A stretch of 62,619 nt of DNA, counting the filler, from Collodictyon triciliatum (Eukaryota), in NCBI GenBank assembly GCA_043381765.1. It is 8 parts of 8 records of this genome, joined end to end, with 100 filler letters (N's around TTAATTAATTAA, not from the genome) between each part and the next. Parts side by side here need not be neighbours in the genome. Positions count along the whole stretch, not along the records: positions 9,518 to 18,933 come from JBHJMP010003023.1; positions 19,034 to 28,443 come from JBHJMP010003024.1; positions 28,544 to 37,952 come from JBHJMP010003025.1; 5 more parts are not named here. One strand, given 5' to 3'. The first letter of the stretch is position 1, and each line of letters starts with the position of its first letter. Below, piece by piece: positions 13,240 to 31,600 of this stretch. A program made the translations under genes and the position numbers. Under the pieces are notes generated by a model. That model was not told where the DNA came from. It ran no database searches and was given only the letters and a program-made list of their open reading frames with translations.

Positions 13240-16200
13240 TTTATAACTCGCTTAATGATGCAGACAACTACTTGATGGTTGCACAAAGCCACGTAACACG
13301 ATTTGCAAAGAGACATTTTGAAGCTTGGAAATCATTCTCGGAATCTTCGGTTTGCTCGAGAGATCAAAATGAAGTAAATGCGACTCCCCATACAAAACTC
13401 GAATTAATTTTCTCTGATGCATATGCATTCATAACTCACGTTTCTCCTCTTCGATCGGTACAACCTTAGATAATTTTGGTAGAGCGACATAAAATGTATC
13501 AAAAGTATCGCGTGTTGGTGGATTGGAAAAGATTTTTACATGTAAGCAAAGTAGTTGCTGTAAAATTCACTTTTGAAGAACTTTCTTGATAAAATCTTCA
13601 ATTTATAGGGTAAGAAAGTCGAAAGGGAGATATTTGAGTATTGCCAAGCAAGATGTAGCTATTTATTGATTAGAAAAAAGTTTATACACTGGAAAATATC
13701 AATGAAATCAAGGCTAGTTTATATTACTTACCCTAGTTTATCCATTTGAATTAGTCTATAAAAAAAACCATCTTTGACTTTGAAATTGTTAAATAACCAA
13801 TCATATTTAAAAATCATGCCAAAAAATAGACTCAGATCAAAAGCGGTGCGCATTCTGTGGACTCGATGCGAAGCTCGAAATACGTTTCGCTTTTGGCTTC
13901 GTCAAGCAATGTCTAAATACAAACATATTAAAAGCAAGACACATGTGTCAATTTATCTTTATTTATGACCATAAAATAACTCTAGAATTTACAAGGCCAG
14001 CAAAGAATACAGGACCGATAAAAATAAAAGGTTTTTCGCAGTAAAAAAAGAGCTGATTTTCTCTATCTACGAAGGAGAACATACAAAACCAAAGAGAAAA
14101 AAAAAAGGAGAACTAGTATTTTCCTCTATTTTATATTTTAAGATGATATTTATGATATCTATCTTATTCAAAATATCCTGTTTTTTTACAGAGTCATGGC
14201 GACTGCTTTCAAATCATGGACTCTATATGTAATTAAATGCCGCAAAAGAAACGACATACTACAGAATCTTCGACGGCATCTCGATAAAGTGTCGTTGTAC
14301 GACATCTTTACCAAATGGAGGTGTTCTCATCAACTACGTTTTTTACATCAAAAAGAAAAAATGAAAAAATGAAAAAATAAACGCCTCTTTGAATATGATG
14401 CAACTTAATCAGTTCACTTACACCTACATAAAAAAAAATTCAGAGCATATGTTGGTTTCAAAGCATTGCAGAATCTCAGGCTAGGCGCTACACTCAGAGC
14501 CATCCAAAACAAGACAAAATCAAGTATTTTTCGGCAGTGGCTCAAAACTGCGTCTATTGCTCGCAAGGTTCTGTCAGCATGTCGAAATTTTGAACAGTAG
14601 CACTCAACTTACTTTCTTTTTTAAAAATAAATAAAATAAATGCCATAATTCACCAGCTGCCAACCTGAATATTCATAAAGGTTGAGATTCGCATCACCCA
14701 CAAACGAATAGCTGTAGTACGATGCGTATTCGATGCATTGAAAGAGTTTTCGAATATCAGCAAACTTAGAAGAAGAGCTCTTATTCGAGTCATCGAGTCA
14801 GAAAAGAATGCTTACTTCCGCCTTGCATTCAAGTCGTGGAGGTTGCATTCTGCTCTCAATTTTTTAATATCATTGTACTTATCCCTCATATTCGCAGACT
14901 CAATACCTGATATTTGAATAGGAATTATGCACAATATCGGGTTAATATCCGCTATTCAGCGCATCAAGTCCAAATCTTTCGAAAATCTCAATTTTACTAC
15001 TTTTGGAGGTCTCTTATGTATCGTTCCTTTAGGGTATGCAACCGATGGATTTTTTTTCGTTGAATTCGACTTTTTTTTTCAATATCCAAGCGCGGGGCTT
15101 TTCATCTTTCACTTTCTTAGGCCAAGGAGTATGCCTATCGAAGATTTTTGTTCAAGGCTTTGATTATGCTCCGCACTTGGCAAAACTACACATCAAAGAC
15201 AAAGCACCATCGCATGTCTGAGCTAAATTTCCTCCTATTTTTTTAAAGTTATATCCCTAAATGTCTTCTGATATATGCTCTTTTTTATGAGTGAAAACGG
15301 TTAGAATAAGAATTTATTTCATCGATATGAGATAGGTATGTAGTCCACAACATTCTTCCGCCTATTATGAAGAGAAAAAATATGGTTATGATGCGCATAA
15401 TCTTCCATGCTTTGCTTCGGGTATTACTTTGAACATGATTAACATATAATTCGAAATGAAATTGAAATGAAATTTACAATTTGTAATTTAAACCCCTTAG
15501 AACAAGGATAAAATGAAATCAATATTCTTTATGAGAGAAAGAATTAAACGAAATATCAAGTTATGTGCTATTGACGCTTGGAAAATGTGTAATCACTAAG
15601 TTTAAACAATAAAGTCCTCCATCTTTATATGATTAGTATGGCCATCTGACCTTAGTGATATGTACTTGTTACATGTGAAATTATCAAATGTGATTTTAAA
15701 AAAAAGAAAAAATCATAGACACTGCGAAGAGAATAGTGCTAAGGCTACGTGCTAATCATGTTCAAGAAGCCTGGAATAGGGGGATTGCACAGATGGTAGG
15801 GCATCACAATTTTTCCATACGATAATCATGCCCAATTGATCTGTGATTCACCTCATATAACTCTCATAGTGCTTCAATATATGGGCCTACAAGTTCAGAT
15901 TGCTCCGAAATAGACAACACTTTCATGAAACACTACTGCGAACCGATAAACATATATCCATGAGGCGTACATTTTATTTCATTCTTGTGCTTTATCTCTC
16001 CATTCACTTACCATTCCCTTCTATTCTCAGGTGTCTTTCTGGCATGGAGAAGAAGAGTGAAAATTTCAAAAATATTGAAGGTGCTACTGCACAACAAAAA
16101 AAGAGACGTAATGTTCAAAGCATTGGAATCTTGGTGGGTTTTCGCTCAAAGGAGAATTACAAATCAAAAACTTGTGGCTGTGGTAAGAAAAACAGTATTC

Positions 16201-18666
16201 TACAAAAATGTATTATGTTCACTTGGTTCTATGAGATATTCCGGTTGCTTTTTTTTACAATTTTTTTTCAGAAATAGTTAAGGCGAGAAATACCTTTATC
16301 CATATCTAACTAAATATTGTATGTTTCAATCCACCCAAGGTTAAAATGCGTAGGAATGAAGCACTGAAGAGGGATGTTTATAACTACGTATGATCTGTGA
16401 TTCTAATGCAAATTCATAAATTTTAAGATAAAATGTATATCTTTACCATGAAAATAGTGGCGATATCAAATCATGTTGGTATATCGCTCCAAAGTGGCAG
16501 ACTCGGCTCGTCAAATCCAGACCAAGCAGGTTCAGTGCACCCTCATCTAAAAAAAAAAAACTAAATGGCTGAGCTTGAATGGATCTGTTGACCGAAGAAA
16601 TGTAATTTATAGCTATGCTTCCTTGTCTGGAAAGAATATACAACAAAACAGATTCTTAAGAAAAGGCAAATTTTCAAGGTATAACGCAGACATGTAATTT
16701 TTTCTTGCCAAACAATTTTTTTAGTTTTAATCAAATCTAGATATCTGCCTTCAATTGCTTACCTTTATTAAACAATGTAGAAAACAGAGATTTTGAAGAA
16801 AAACACAGCCTTGCAACATAGATTGGGTATGATTGTGCGCAGAATAGCCCATCTTGACCTATCCAAGGCTTTTGGCAGGTAGTTAATTTTTCGGAAAAAG
16901 AGCAATGTGCCATATCTCATATTTTTAATAGAAGATATTCAATTGCACTATCAAACCTTTTTTAATAACTGTCTAGATGGCGTCAGTATGCAATTGAGAA
17001 GAGACAAAAAAATACCGGTATGGCTTGGCACAAAGATTAATATGAATCAGTATATGTTTTTTCTTTAAAAGAAACCCTCGTATAATTAAAACAATATAAT
17101 CTAAGGTTCAATACTCTCAAGACAACATTGGAATAAAAAACTTATATCCAAGACATTTTCCTCTTGGAAATTCTACTTGCAATATAAACTAAAATACCGA
17201 GTTGCTCACGCTCTATACATGAAGACTTTGCTTCGTATGTAACTCCCTTCCTGGAACCGACCACTACATTATGTCCATAACGATCTCTTTAATTTTCTCA
17301 TTTGCAAATTAATTTTGCTTTTCCAGGAAAAATTATGCGACGCTGGATTGAAAATGCATCTGAAAGGAAATTAAAACTGGTGTGTATTATTAATTTTATC
17401 AGAAACCTTGTTGAATCGTGTAGATGTTCAGCATGTAGGTGTGTACTTTATTGACCGAGACTAATTCCACTATTTCCTTTCATATGTCAGCTGAAAATAG
17501 CCCGAGCTGCGTATTTTTACACCAGAAACCTGAAGATGAAAGCATTTATGGTACTCGAGTTCTTTAACAACATTATCAATACAAGTATTGAGATACTTTT
17601 ATGGAAAACTAATTGTGTTTATGGTCTGTAATTAACAATTTAATTTTTACTTGTTCGTAGGGATTGGCTCTCTACAGAAATTACTTGCTGGTCAATTACC
17701 TAAAAGCCAGTATAAATATCATTCTATTTTAAATTCAGCATGAAAGTACGTAGTGGTGTAAATGAGGTCACCAACTAACCACTGAACTTTAAAAAAAAAA
17801 AAAAGATCAAATAAATCAACTTAGAATATTGGCAATTACGAAAACCTTTCTTGTGAAGTGGAGGGAATACACCAAGAAAAAGAAGGTAACTTAAAAGAAC
17901 ATGTATGTATCCGGATCCATTCATATAAATTCAGTAGCATCGAAAACTATCTAAACTGATGCAATTATTAGCATATGCGAAATATCAGAGAATCTGGAGA
18001 AATTTTCGGAAATATTTTAATTAAGGCTAGAGTGTTTAGTTTCTGGAGAGAAAGAGTTTGATTATTGTGTTAAAAATCAGTCATATGTTGTTTTTATTCC
18101 CTCTGGTTTTGGATTGATTTCAATATAATTATCTTTCCTTCCAGTCTGGTTCTTTGATGTAACTTCATTTTATTTCAAAAAAAATTAGACATTTCAATTG
18201 CTGGACAGGCGAGTATGTATGGAAGATATGAGAATATCCTATTACAATAAAATGCTGGTTGATGTTTTTCATGCTTGGTTGAACCGCACTCGCTTGAAGT
18301 CGAAAATGAGGCTTGTTGGTATGTGACAGTCTTGAAAATTAACGATTTGTCTCGAATATTGTTTACTAAATGAAAACTATCAGTTCGTTCCTTTTGTGAG
18401 TCGAAAGTCAGAGATAAAGGACTCTACCTATTCAGAAACTGGCTTGACTGGACCAGAAAACAAAAAGTAAGACATTTTATAAAAAAAAAAAAATTACTAT
18501 GGTTATATTTATTCAACATTTATCTTCTTTTATGGCCTCGAAGTGGCTTCGCTCGATTCAGCAAGCAATATCTCGCACACTTTGTAATCGCATATTGAAA
18601 GTTTGTATTCAATCGTGGTTGATACGCGCGGTGGAGTGGAAGCGAAAGAATGTCGTGATAAATCAG
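9883..18666 (+). CDS. Sfi1-like centrin-binding repeat protein (more than 40 exons, 3'-truncated by contig end)
   Basis: The spliced product is a long basic helical array with periodic (F/L)xxW(K/R) motifs at about 33-aa spacing (FRAWQ, LRNWI, FKEWK, FEAWK, FRQWL, FLAWR, FSSWK, FHAWL). This is the Sfi1-repeat signature. Confidence 0.75.
11717..11864 (+). other. AT-AC (U12-type) intron in the Sfi1-like gene
   Basis: Donor ATATCCTCC; branch-like TTCTTTAAC at 11848-11856 ending 8 nt before the 3' end; ends in AC. Removal joins ...LNKWI|GYTQQ... in frame. Confidence 0.85.
12904..13020 (+). other. AT-AC (U12-type) intron in the Sfi1-like gene
   Basis: Donor ATATCCTAT; branch-like TTCCTTTAC at 13004-13012 ending 8 nt before the 3' end; ends in AC. 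Removal joins ...MEKWI|FYTSQ... in frame. Read-through hits TAG with no GT donor on the way. Confidence 0.87.
13177..13238 (+). repeat. (ATCA)n intronic microsatellite
   Basis: Direct reading. Confidence 0.95.
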
Positions 18667-19245
18667 GTTGAGTTAATTTGTCTTTAAACAAAAAATAATA
18701 TGTAAAGAGGGTTGAGTAGTAAATTTTCTTTTTTCTTTTTCTTTTTTCTTTTAATTTCTTTTTGATTAGTATTTTTAGTGTTTTTCTAGTTCTATTCTTT
18801 TGATTCTTTTTTGTTCTTGTTTGTTCTTGTTTGTTCTTTTTTATTCTTTTTTATTCTTTTTTATTCTTTTTTATTCTTTTTTATTCTTTTTTATTCTTTT
18901 TTATTCTTTTTTATTCTTTTTTATTCTTTTTTANNNNNNNNNNNNNNNNNNNNNNNNNNNNNNNNNNNNNNNNNNNNTTAATTAATTAANNNNNNNNNNN
19001 NNNNNNNNNNNNNNNNNNNNNNNNNNNNNNNNNTTGTTTTTGTTTTTGTTTTTGTTTTTGTTTTTGTTTTTGTTTTTGTTTTTGTTTTTGTTTTTGTTTT
19101 TGTTTTTGTTTTTGTTTTGGCATATTTTGCAACTGTGATGATAACTTTCGCGTGACCCGCTGAGTCTGATTCCTTTCTTTTTCAAGGTAAGACCGCACGG
19201 AGTCGATCACCATTCCACAAATTGGAGAAACCAGAGGAGGATTCA

Positions 19246-21297
19246 ATGACAGAAACCGACACGTTTCTTTCGCTGGTGGGGACGTTTCCGTCTGCTCAGA
19301 GCGTCGTTGTCGATCGGCCGCGCACAGACCTAGGTTTTCTTTTCTCTCTTTTTCTCCCTTCTCTCTTTTTTCCTTTTCCATTTTCCTTTTTCTCTCTTTT
19401 TCTCTCTTTTTCTCTCTTTTCCTTTTCCTTTTCCTTTTTCCTTTTTCCTTTTTCCTTTTTCCTTTTCCTTTTTCCTTTTCCTTTTCCTTTTCCTTTTCCT
19501 TTTTCCTTTTCCTTTTTTCCTTTTTTCCTTTTTTCCTTTTTTCCTTTTTCCTTTTTCCTTTTCCTTTTTCCTTTTCCTTTTTCCTTTTCCTTTTTTCCTT
19601 TTTTCCTTTTTTCCTTCTTCCTTTTTCTCTCTCTCTCTTTTCCACTCTTTTCCACTCTTTTTCCTTTTTCCCTTTTTCCCTTTTTCCCTTTTTTCCCTCT
19701 TTTCCCCTCTTTTCCCCTCTTTTCCACTCTTTTCCACTCTTTTCCACTCTTTTCCACTCTTTTCCACTTTTTCCCTTTTTTCCCTTTTTTCCCTTTTCTC
19801 TCCTTTTCTCTCCTTTTCTCTCCTTTTCTCTCCTTTTCTCTCCTTTTCTCTCCTTTTCTCTCTTTTATGTCTTCTGTCTTTTATCCTGTTGTGTTTATTG
19901 AAAGCAATATTACTCACCAAACCATTTCTCCGTCAGTTGAAGTGCGACAAGGATGCCTTTCAAGAGCGTCTTCTTTTTGCCGGGGATTTTGCTTCAGTAG
20001 TGCTGATTTGGTCGATACGACTGCATCAACTCGAGTTAGTTTAAAGCATTCTGTCTCTTCATCCTTTCGTTGCAAACATGGACATTAAAAATATTACCCT
20101 ATCTTCCATCGCCCATTCTTTCATGCAAATTCTATTTTATGGCGGTACATTAAAAAAACTTGAAATATCTCTGCGACAACACAAAGTCAAGCACCGGACC
20201 AGTTAGTCGCATATCGCCCAGTCTTCCGCTCTTGCCTCCAATTGAGAACTCATCACTAGACAAAAGAACTCTTGTCTTGGATTTGGATGAAACCCTTGTT
20301 CACACATCATTTCAGGTTCTCTCTTAATTCATAAAAGACTACTTCCCCATCGCCTGGTTTAGCTTCTGTTAATGCACGCTCTTTCTTTAATACGCTCCAA
20401 TGACTAATTATATTGACATCAAATATTTGGCCCCGCCTCTGTGCATATTGCTCTTTCTATTGTATCGAAAGCATATGGAAGTGTTCGATTTTCGGTTTAA
20501 TGTCGTTGTGGAAGGCTCACAAAGGGACATTTTTGTCCTCATCAGACCATATCTCGATGTTTTCCTTCAGAAGATGTCAGACATATACGAAGTCATCATC
20601 TTCACAGCATCGCTGCCATGGGTATATGTTTACACTGACAGTAGATTCAGTTCATTTATTCGTTCTTTACCAAGCCACTGCAAACACTTCTCATGCGGCT
20701 TGCATCGGCATACATTTGAAATGAATATACGAATATTTTTCTATTTATCATAGTACGCAAATCCAATCATCGATTATATCGACCCGCATAAATCAGTCAA
20801 GTACCGTCTTTTCCGTGAATCATGTGTGCTTCACCTCGGGTCGTATGTGAAAGTACATCGTAACATAATTCAAGATATTTATGAACCCTAAAAGCTAGAT
20901 CGATCCTGTTATTTTTATTAAAAAAAATAAGAAATACTTCTATGAATAGATGAATCGTCTTATTTTGCCTTCTCCATTTAGGATTTGTCGATGCTTGGAA
21001 GAGATATGAAGAAAACGCTTATTGTTGACAATGCCCCTTGCTCATATATGTTCCAAGAAGAAAATGCAGTCCCGATTCAAAGCTGGTTTGGAAACAAAAA
21101 AGATAAAGAGCTGTTGCGTGTTGGCGGTCTTCTTGAGAAAGCAATATTGGTGAGCAAATACATGAATAGTTTTAATAATTCTCCGTTTTCGCTCACCCGA
21201 AGCCTGGTTGCTGATTATCTTTATCATTCAGTTTGATGACATCAGAGAAGGCGTTCCCAAATCGGGCGTGCTTGCTTTATTTCAAAGACTCTTTTGA
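19246..21297 (+). CDS. CTD small phosphatase (SCP/FCP1-like, NIF domain); true start may lie upstream in the gap
   Basis: [12 protein letters not shown] (DxDxT), [59 protein letters not shown]; stop TGA 21295-21297. Confidence 0.9.
19335..19866 (+). repeat. About 530-nt intronic polypyrimidine / (TTTTCC)-like low-complexity tract
   Basis: Nearly purine-free on the + strand; inside an intron of the phosphatase gene. Confidence 0.9.
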
Positions 21298-22154
21298 GCG
21301 TTCGTTGATTATCTATTGCACATTCACTTATGCTGTCTCTTTGCCATCAGAGCAGTCTTTTTTCCAAAAAAAAAAATTCACCTAATGCCATTAATTTGGT
21401 TTTATTTGCTGACTTTCATTACTGAATTACTCGATGATGTTAAGATATTCTTATGTCCCTTCCATGTTTATTTACGAATCGTTATATGTACTCATCTTTG
21501 TGCTCTCCCTTATTACTTTTTGGTGTTGAATTCTTTATATATTTTATATTTTTTGTTCTTCCTTTCAGTGTGTGTTTGATTACACTATGGTAAAATCAAA
21601 CTGGTGTTTTGAAAGAGAGGAAATCTCACTCGGCCTGAATAAATATGGATTTTATCATTAGCACCATCGCTGACCAAAAGTCTCAACTCCCATATTTGCG
21701 TATCATATCATCGGCAATCGAATTAAATAAAATGCTATTTTTATACATCTCCACCATCCTGCACATAATTGAAAGGAAGATTAAAAAAAAATATGCTATT
21801 TTTATCAGGGATTTTGACAAAAAAAAAATTCTTTAAAGAAATAGCATCGCATCATCGCCGTCACCAGAGAGCTTATTCAGCAAGAAAGCTAACTACGAAC
21901 TTGATTATTATTTTATGAAAAACACCTCTTTTTTTATCATTCTAGAAACCATAATAATACGACAATAAATTTATTATTGTTTCCATAGAAATGAGTGAAC
22001 CAGAGTCATGCGGTTTCTATTCAATTGTATTTTGTTCTCATCGTAATCCAAGAAGTCATTTTCGACAAAATCTGTCGCGCTCTCCTTTATGTTCAACTGA
22101 TTGCAATATCCATTTACGAATCAAGAAAACTATTTCCCACTTTGTTAATGGATT

Positions 22155-26494
<4,340 letters not shown>

Positions 26495-26555
26495 CTGATG
26501 CTGGTATGATTTGAAGTGTAATTAAGCCAAGCTCAGCACACTAAGACTCTTTCGT

Positions 26556-26665
<110 letters not shown>

Positions 26666-28543
26666 GATAAACAAACAAATTAATAAATAGCTGCTCGATG
26701 TTATGTGTTTCCTTTCAAAAGATTGCATCTGGGCCTTGTTTACCTCACATTATATTAAAAAAAACAAAAAAAAAAGTAAAAGATAAATGAAACGAAGCGA
26801 TAAAGAAAGGCCGTGAAAACCAAAAGAGGACTATTATTCGCATTTGAAACTCTGCATAGTGCGTTCGCAATATATCAGGAATTATATATGCCTACAAAGT
26901 GTGTGCACGGTCACAGAAATCCTCATTTCTTCTCCACTGCAAACAGATTGAGTTGTTTGTCCCCAGACAAAGACTGAAAAAGAAAAGAAAAGAAAAATAT
27001 AGCCCGAGTTCAAGTCCCTCATTCGGGTGATTTTTCCCTTCTGAAAGCTGCCATGTATAACAGTGTGGAGCAACGAACATCTTTGCGCTCTTCCTCAAAA
27101 ACGAAAAAAAAAAAAAAAAGCATAGAGAAGAAAAGAATAAGAAAAGGAGAATAAAATGAGACTTTCACGGCGTTTTGTGCGATCGGGTGTTGTTCGCGAA
27201 AGAGATCAGAGTTCGAAGGTACGGAATCTGACAAATCATTCCTTATCTGTATCCAATATTTGGCATGACAGAGCAGCATTTGCTTCAACTGGCCAACTAG
27301 ACAAAGCATCTCCTCCGTTCTTTTTCTTTTCATCTTATATTTTGTATCTATTCCCTGGGTTTCATGAAGCTTTTAGCGTGCAAATATCTATTCTTTAATT
27401 GTGCCAGTACATCAAGATATTTCTGAGGATAATCTTCATATGTCTCAAAGTAAAAAAGTAAAAAAGTAAAGGAAATATTGCATCATGTATCCCAACACAC
27501 ACCCGCGTGATAAAATATAGCCGGTCACGAATAGACTTGCTTGCATCAAAGTGGAATATTTCCACTATAAATAAAGCCTTTGAAAAGGATAAAAAACTTT
27601 TTTTGAAAGACTCATCGCGAGTTATTATATCTCGAATACGAAACTGACAACGCGAGCGAAGGAATAAATCATCCGGCTGGCGGTGAGTTCGACTATTCAG
27701 TAGCACAATGGCCGTAAGAGTTGAAAGGAAAGAGAAAAATGTCAGGGGCTGCATCTCGAAAGCTATTATCCTTATTTCATGTTTCATTTTCACTCCATCA
27801 AGCTGTCTACCACTTTTCACCTCTGAGGTACATGAGGGCTGCTTGGTAGCTCTATCTGAAAGCGACACAGGGTCATACATCCCATATTATCGGGGCATAA
27901 AACTTGGACAGCCCCAATAAATGTCATCAGTCGGACTACATCACGAAGCATCAAACATGTTCCTTGCAGCTTTCTCGAATGGGCGAAGGGCGCACACGAG
28001 CACGGACGAGCCGGTTGCAAGCTGTGAAGTGTTTGATGATGGTATGTTCACATGTCGTTTTTAAGGACTGACTTTGCGGTAACTATGATAGAACCATTCC
28101 CAAGTCTTTAGGAAGGCATCTGTCCCACGCTCAGCGGCTTTTTTACCACCCCAAGCCGGTCTTCGAAAGAGAAATAAGTTTGCCAGCTGTTCATTCTTTG
28201 TTCTGCGACAAAGATGAGACACGCACATAAAGAGTTACTTCGCGAAATGGACGATTTGTAGGTAAGTATCATCTGGCGCTGTGGATGCCTCTGGCATATT
28301 TTGCTTCTTTTCTTGTTCCCAGGCATTTGTATCGGATGTATTCTTTCTCATTTGTAAATCAAAAAACAAAAAACAAAAAACAAAAAACAAAAAACAAAAA
28401 ACAAAAAACAAAAAACAAAAAACAAAAAACAAAAAACAAAAAANNNNNNNNNNNNNNNNNNNNNNNNNNNNNNNNNNNNNNNNNNNNTTAATTAATTAAN
28501 NNNNNNNNNNNNNNNNNNNNNNNNNNNNNNNNNNNNNNNNNNN

Positions 28544-28582
<39 letters not shown>

Positions 28583-28681
28583 AAAAAAAACAAAAAAAAA
28601 CAAAAAAAAAACAAAAAACAAAACAAACGAGTCCAGAAACTGTGAATTAACATAAGCTATTGTTGTAGCCACCAAGAAATC

Positions 28682-31600
28682 ATGACAACGACACAGGAAG
28701 CGACACAGATTCTTCGTGGACACCAAGATACAGTTCGAGCCTGTGAAATATCCGCCTGTGGTCGATATCTTTTATCTGCATCGATGGATTCCACCGGTAT
28801 ATTATGGGGATTAGACCCTATCCAACAAATCCACACCATGCGCTCGCCTGTCAACCGCCCGGATATCGACTCGCGACTGTTATGTGGATCGCTTGCTCCG
28901 GACAAGTCATTGATTGCCCTGGCTGGTTACCCATCACGTGTGGAGCTATTTGACTTTGCTACTGGAGCCCACAAGTTAGCTCTCTTGGGACATTCGCAAG
29001 GAATATGGGGAATATGTTTTCATCCACATTTCAACAAAACAGGATTAATTCTTTCTTCGTCTGATGACGCATCTGTAAGGCTTTGGAAAGTTTGTCGCCT
29101 AAAGACACCCGTAGCTGCTACATCGACAGAAGCGGAGCAATCTGAATCAATAACTACTCATGAAACATCCGACGGTTGGAACATGGATACCGTGTCTGTT
29201 TGGAATGGACATACACGGGGTATAGGCTGCTGTCGATTCCACCCTGATGGAAATAGTGCTCTGTCATCATCAGATGATGGATCCATTCGGTTATGGAATG
29301 TTGCTGATGGTGCATGCCTGGGTGTTTTTCTCGGGCATACAAAAATTGTATGGCATGTGGCCTTCGCACCAGACGGAAACAAATTTGTATCTTCCTCGGA
29401 GGATGGCACAGCTAGATTGTGGGATGTCAACCAAAGGTCTCTAATTCATGAATTGCAAGGTCACACAGCTGGTGTCGGTGGATGCCACTACCACCCTGAA
29501 GGACAACTCTTTGCCTCCTCCTCAGATGATGGAACGATTCGCATTTGGAGTGCCATAGATGGGATCTGTATCAAGGTATACTTATCTCAATTTATTTATT
29601 TATATTTATTCATTTATTATACTTACTTTTTTCTATTACTATTAAAGTATATTATTAATCGCGTAATATCATGAACGAATTATTCAATCAATAAAAAAAA
29701 GAAAAGGTGAAAAGAATATCTATCAAATTTGCATGAATTCTATAGAAACGCAATCTATTACATTTTACTTCTGAGGAGTTGGTGTTTAAAATTTCCCATC
29801 CCTATGTAGTTCTATTTATATGTATTTCATATACAAAATGTTCCATATTCGTGCTGAAAGCTCTCGTATGATATGATTAAACCATTTCTAATTGATAGGG
29901 GAGATAATGAATGATTAACGCATGTGTGTTAATTAAATGTTATTTCTGTCATAATGTATAAATTTGAAACACACAGACTTTATCCACCCACCGAAGAGCA
30001 GTATGGGGGTGTTATTTCCACCCGGATGGGGAGCGTATTGCCTCCGTTTCTCAGGACTGCAAGATTCACTTGAATTTTATAAAATCTGGTAAAGACCCAT
30101 TCATATATACTCGAACTCCTCCATCATACATATCTGCGTTTGCATCTGAATCTGGTGAATATATCTATTGTGCTACAAGAAGTGGTGAAATAGACGTTTG
30201 GAACGCAGATGGCTCTAGAAAACTAATTGATACAATTATAACTGGGTTCAAATCAATTATTTCTATGAAATATTTTTCGCAAGCAAAGATGCTTGGTTTA
30301 ATATCGCACGATGATATCAACTGTATACAAATTTACAGAATAGAGCCATGGCACAGGGTAACCAAATGTATAGGTCATACAAAATCTGTGACCTGTTTTG
30401 ATTTTTCAATTTCAAATAAACGGCACCTGTTTTCGGGACCAGGAGAATCTGAAAAATATGTTCTGGCCTCAGTGTCATTAGACAACACGTGTTTGTTGTG
30501 GGATCCAGAAGTAGGGGAAGTGATACACACATTTGTTGGAGATAATAGCCCTCTCACAGTATGCTCATTATCAGGTGATGGTTCATACATCGCGTGCGGG
30601 TCTATCAGCCAGGTGGTCTATATTTGGAATATTTCTACCAGATGCCTCTACCGCGTGGTGCATGTCAACTCAAAAATCCATGATTGCTTATTCTTTACAA
30701 ATCATGACACATGCCTTTTCATTTGCTCGCAAGCTAGCACATCAATCATATCTATGGAGACTGGAATTCATTTGGAGAAAGCATCCAAAATACACGGTCC
30801 TATTCAGACAGTCTCTATTTCTAACGCAAAGAGGCGTATTGTGGCTGCTTCCCTCAAGAATGTGCTATTAATTGATGAAAGAACCCTCTTAACTATGTGT
30901 TGCTTTAGCGGCCACTCTGGCACTGTGATACAATGCGGTTATTTAGATAGTATCGAAAGGATCTATTCGCTGTCTTTAGATGGTACATTCAGGTTATGGA
31001 GCGTTCTTGAATGCAACCCATCCAGAATAATCGATGATCACTCAGATGTTGTCCGCTGTATATCATACAGCCCTGATGGATCTTCATTTTTATCCGGATC
31101 TTCAGATGGATCTCTAAGGCTATGGGATGCACGTTCGGGTACATGCATATCAAGAACAACAGCTTCGAGTCCCGCAGTAACATGCTGTGACATATCCCCG
31201 GATGGTAAGACAGCTTTATCTGGCTACAAGGACGGAATGATGCGGCTATTCGACCTAAAATCTCTCAGGCCATTAAAGTTATCAAAAGCACACTCATCTA
31301 TCGTTACATGGGCGGCATTTTCTTCCACAGGAGAATATTTCGCTACTGTATCACATGACGGAAGTTATTGTGTGTGGAGAGCAAGTTCAGCGCAAAAGCT
31401 AAGAAATTACACGAAATTATCTCAAAGCATTTTATCATGTGCTTTTGCAAGATGTGATACCATTTTAGCTCTCGGAAGTAGCAATGGTAGCATTACTATA
31501 GTCGATTTCATCGAAGGACAATTAGTGACTGTGCTCATGGGACACACAGAATCCGTATGGTCTTGTGAATTCTCGAAAGATGGCTCCCTGTTTGTTTCTG

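Noticed and set aside
18986-20088. Long K/E/R-rich or F/S/P-rich ORFs (also poly-L, poly-I, poly-Q, MTMT, HIH, DKDK ORFs elsewhere)
   Set aside because: These are translations of intronic microsatellites and pyrimidine tracts, not coding sequence.
28260-28269. Minus-strand ATACTTACCT resembling the U1 snRNA 5' end
   Set aside because: It continues ACAAAT rather than GG, with no U1 stems or Sm site. It is simply the complement of an AG|GTAAGTAT donor-like site, and I could not assemble a gene around it.
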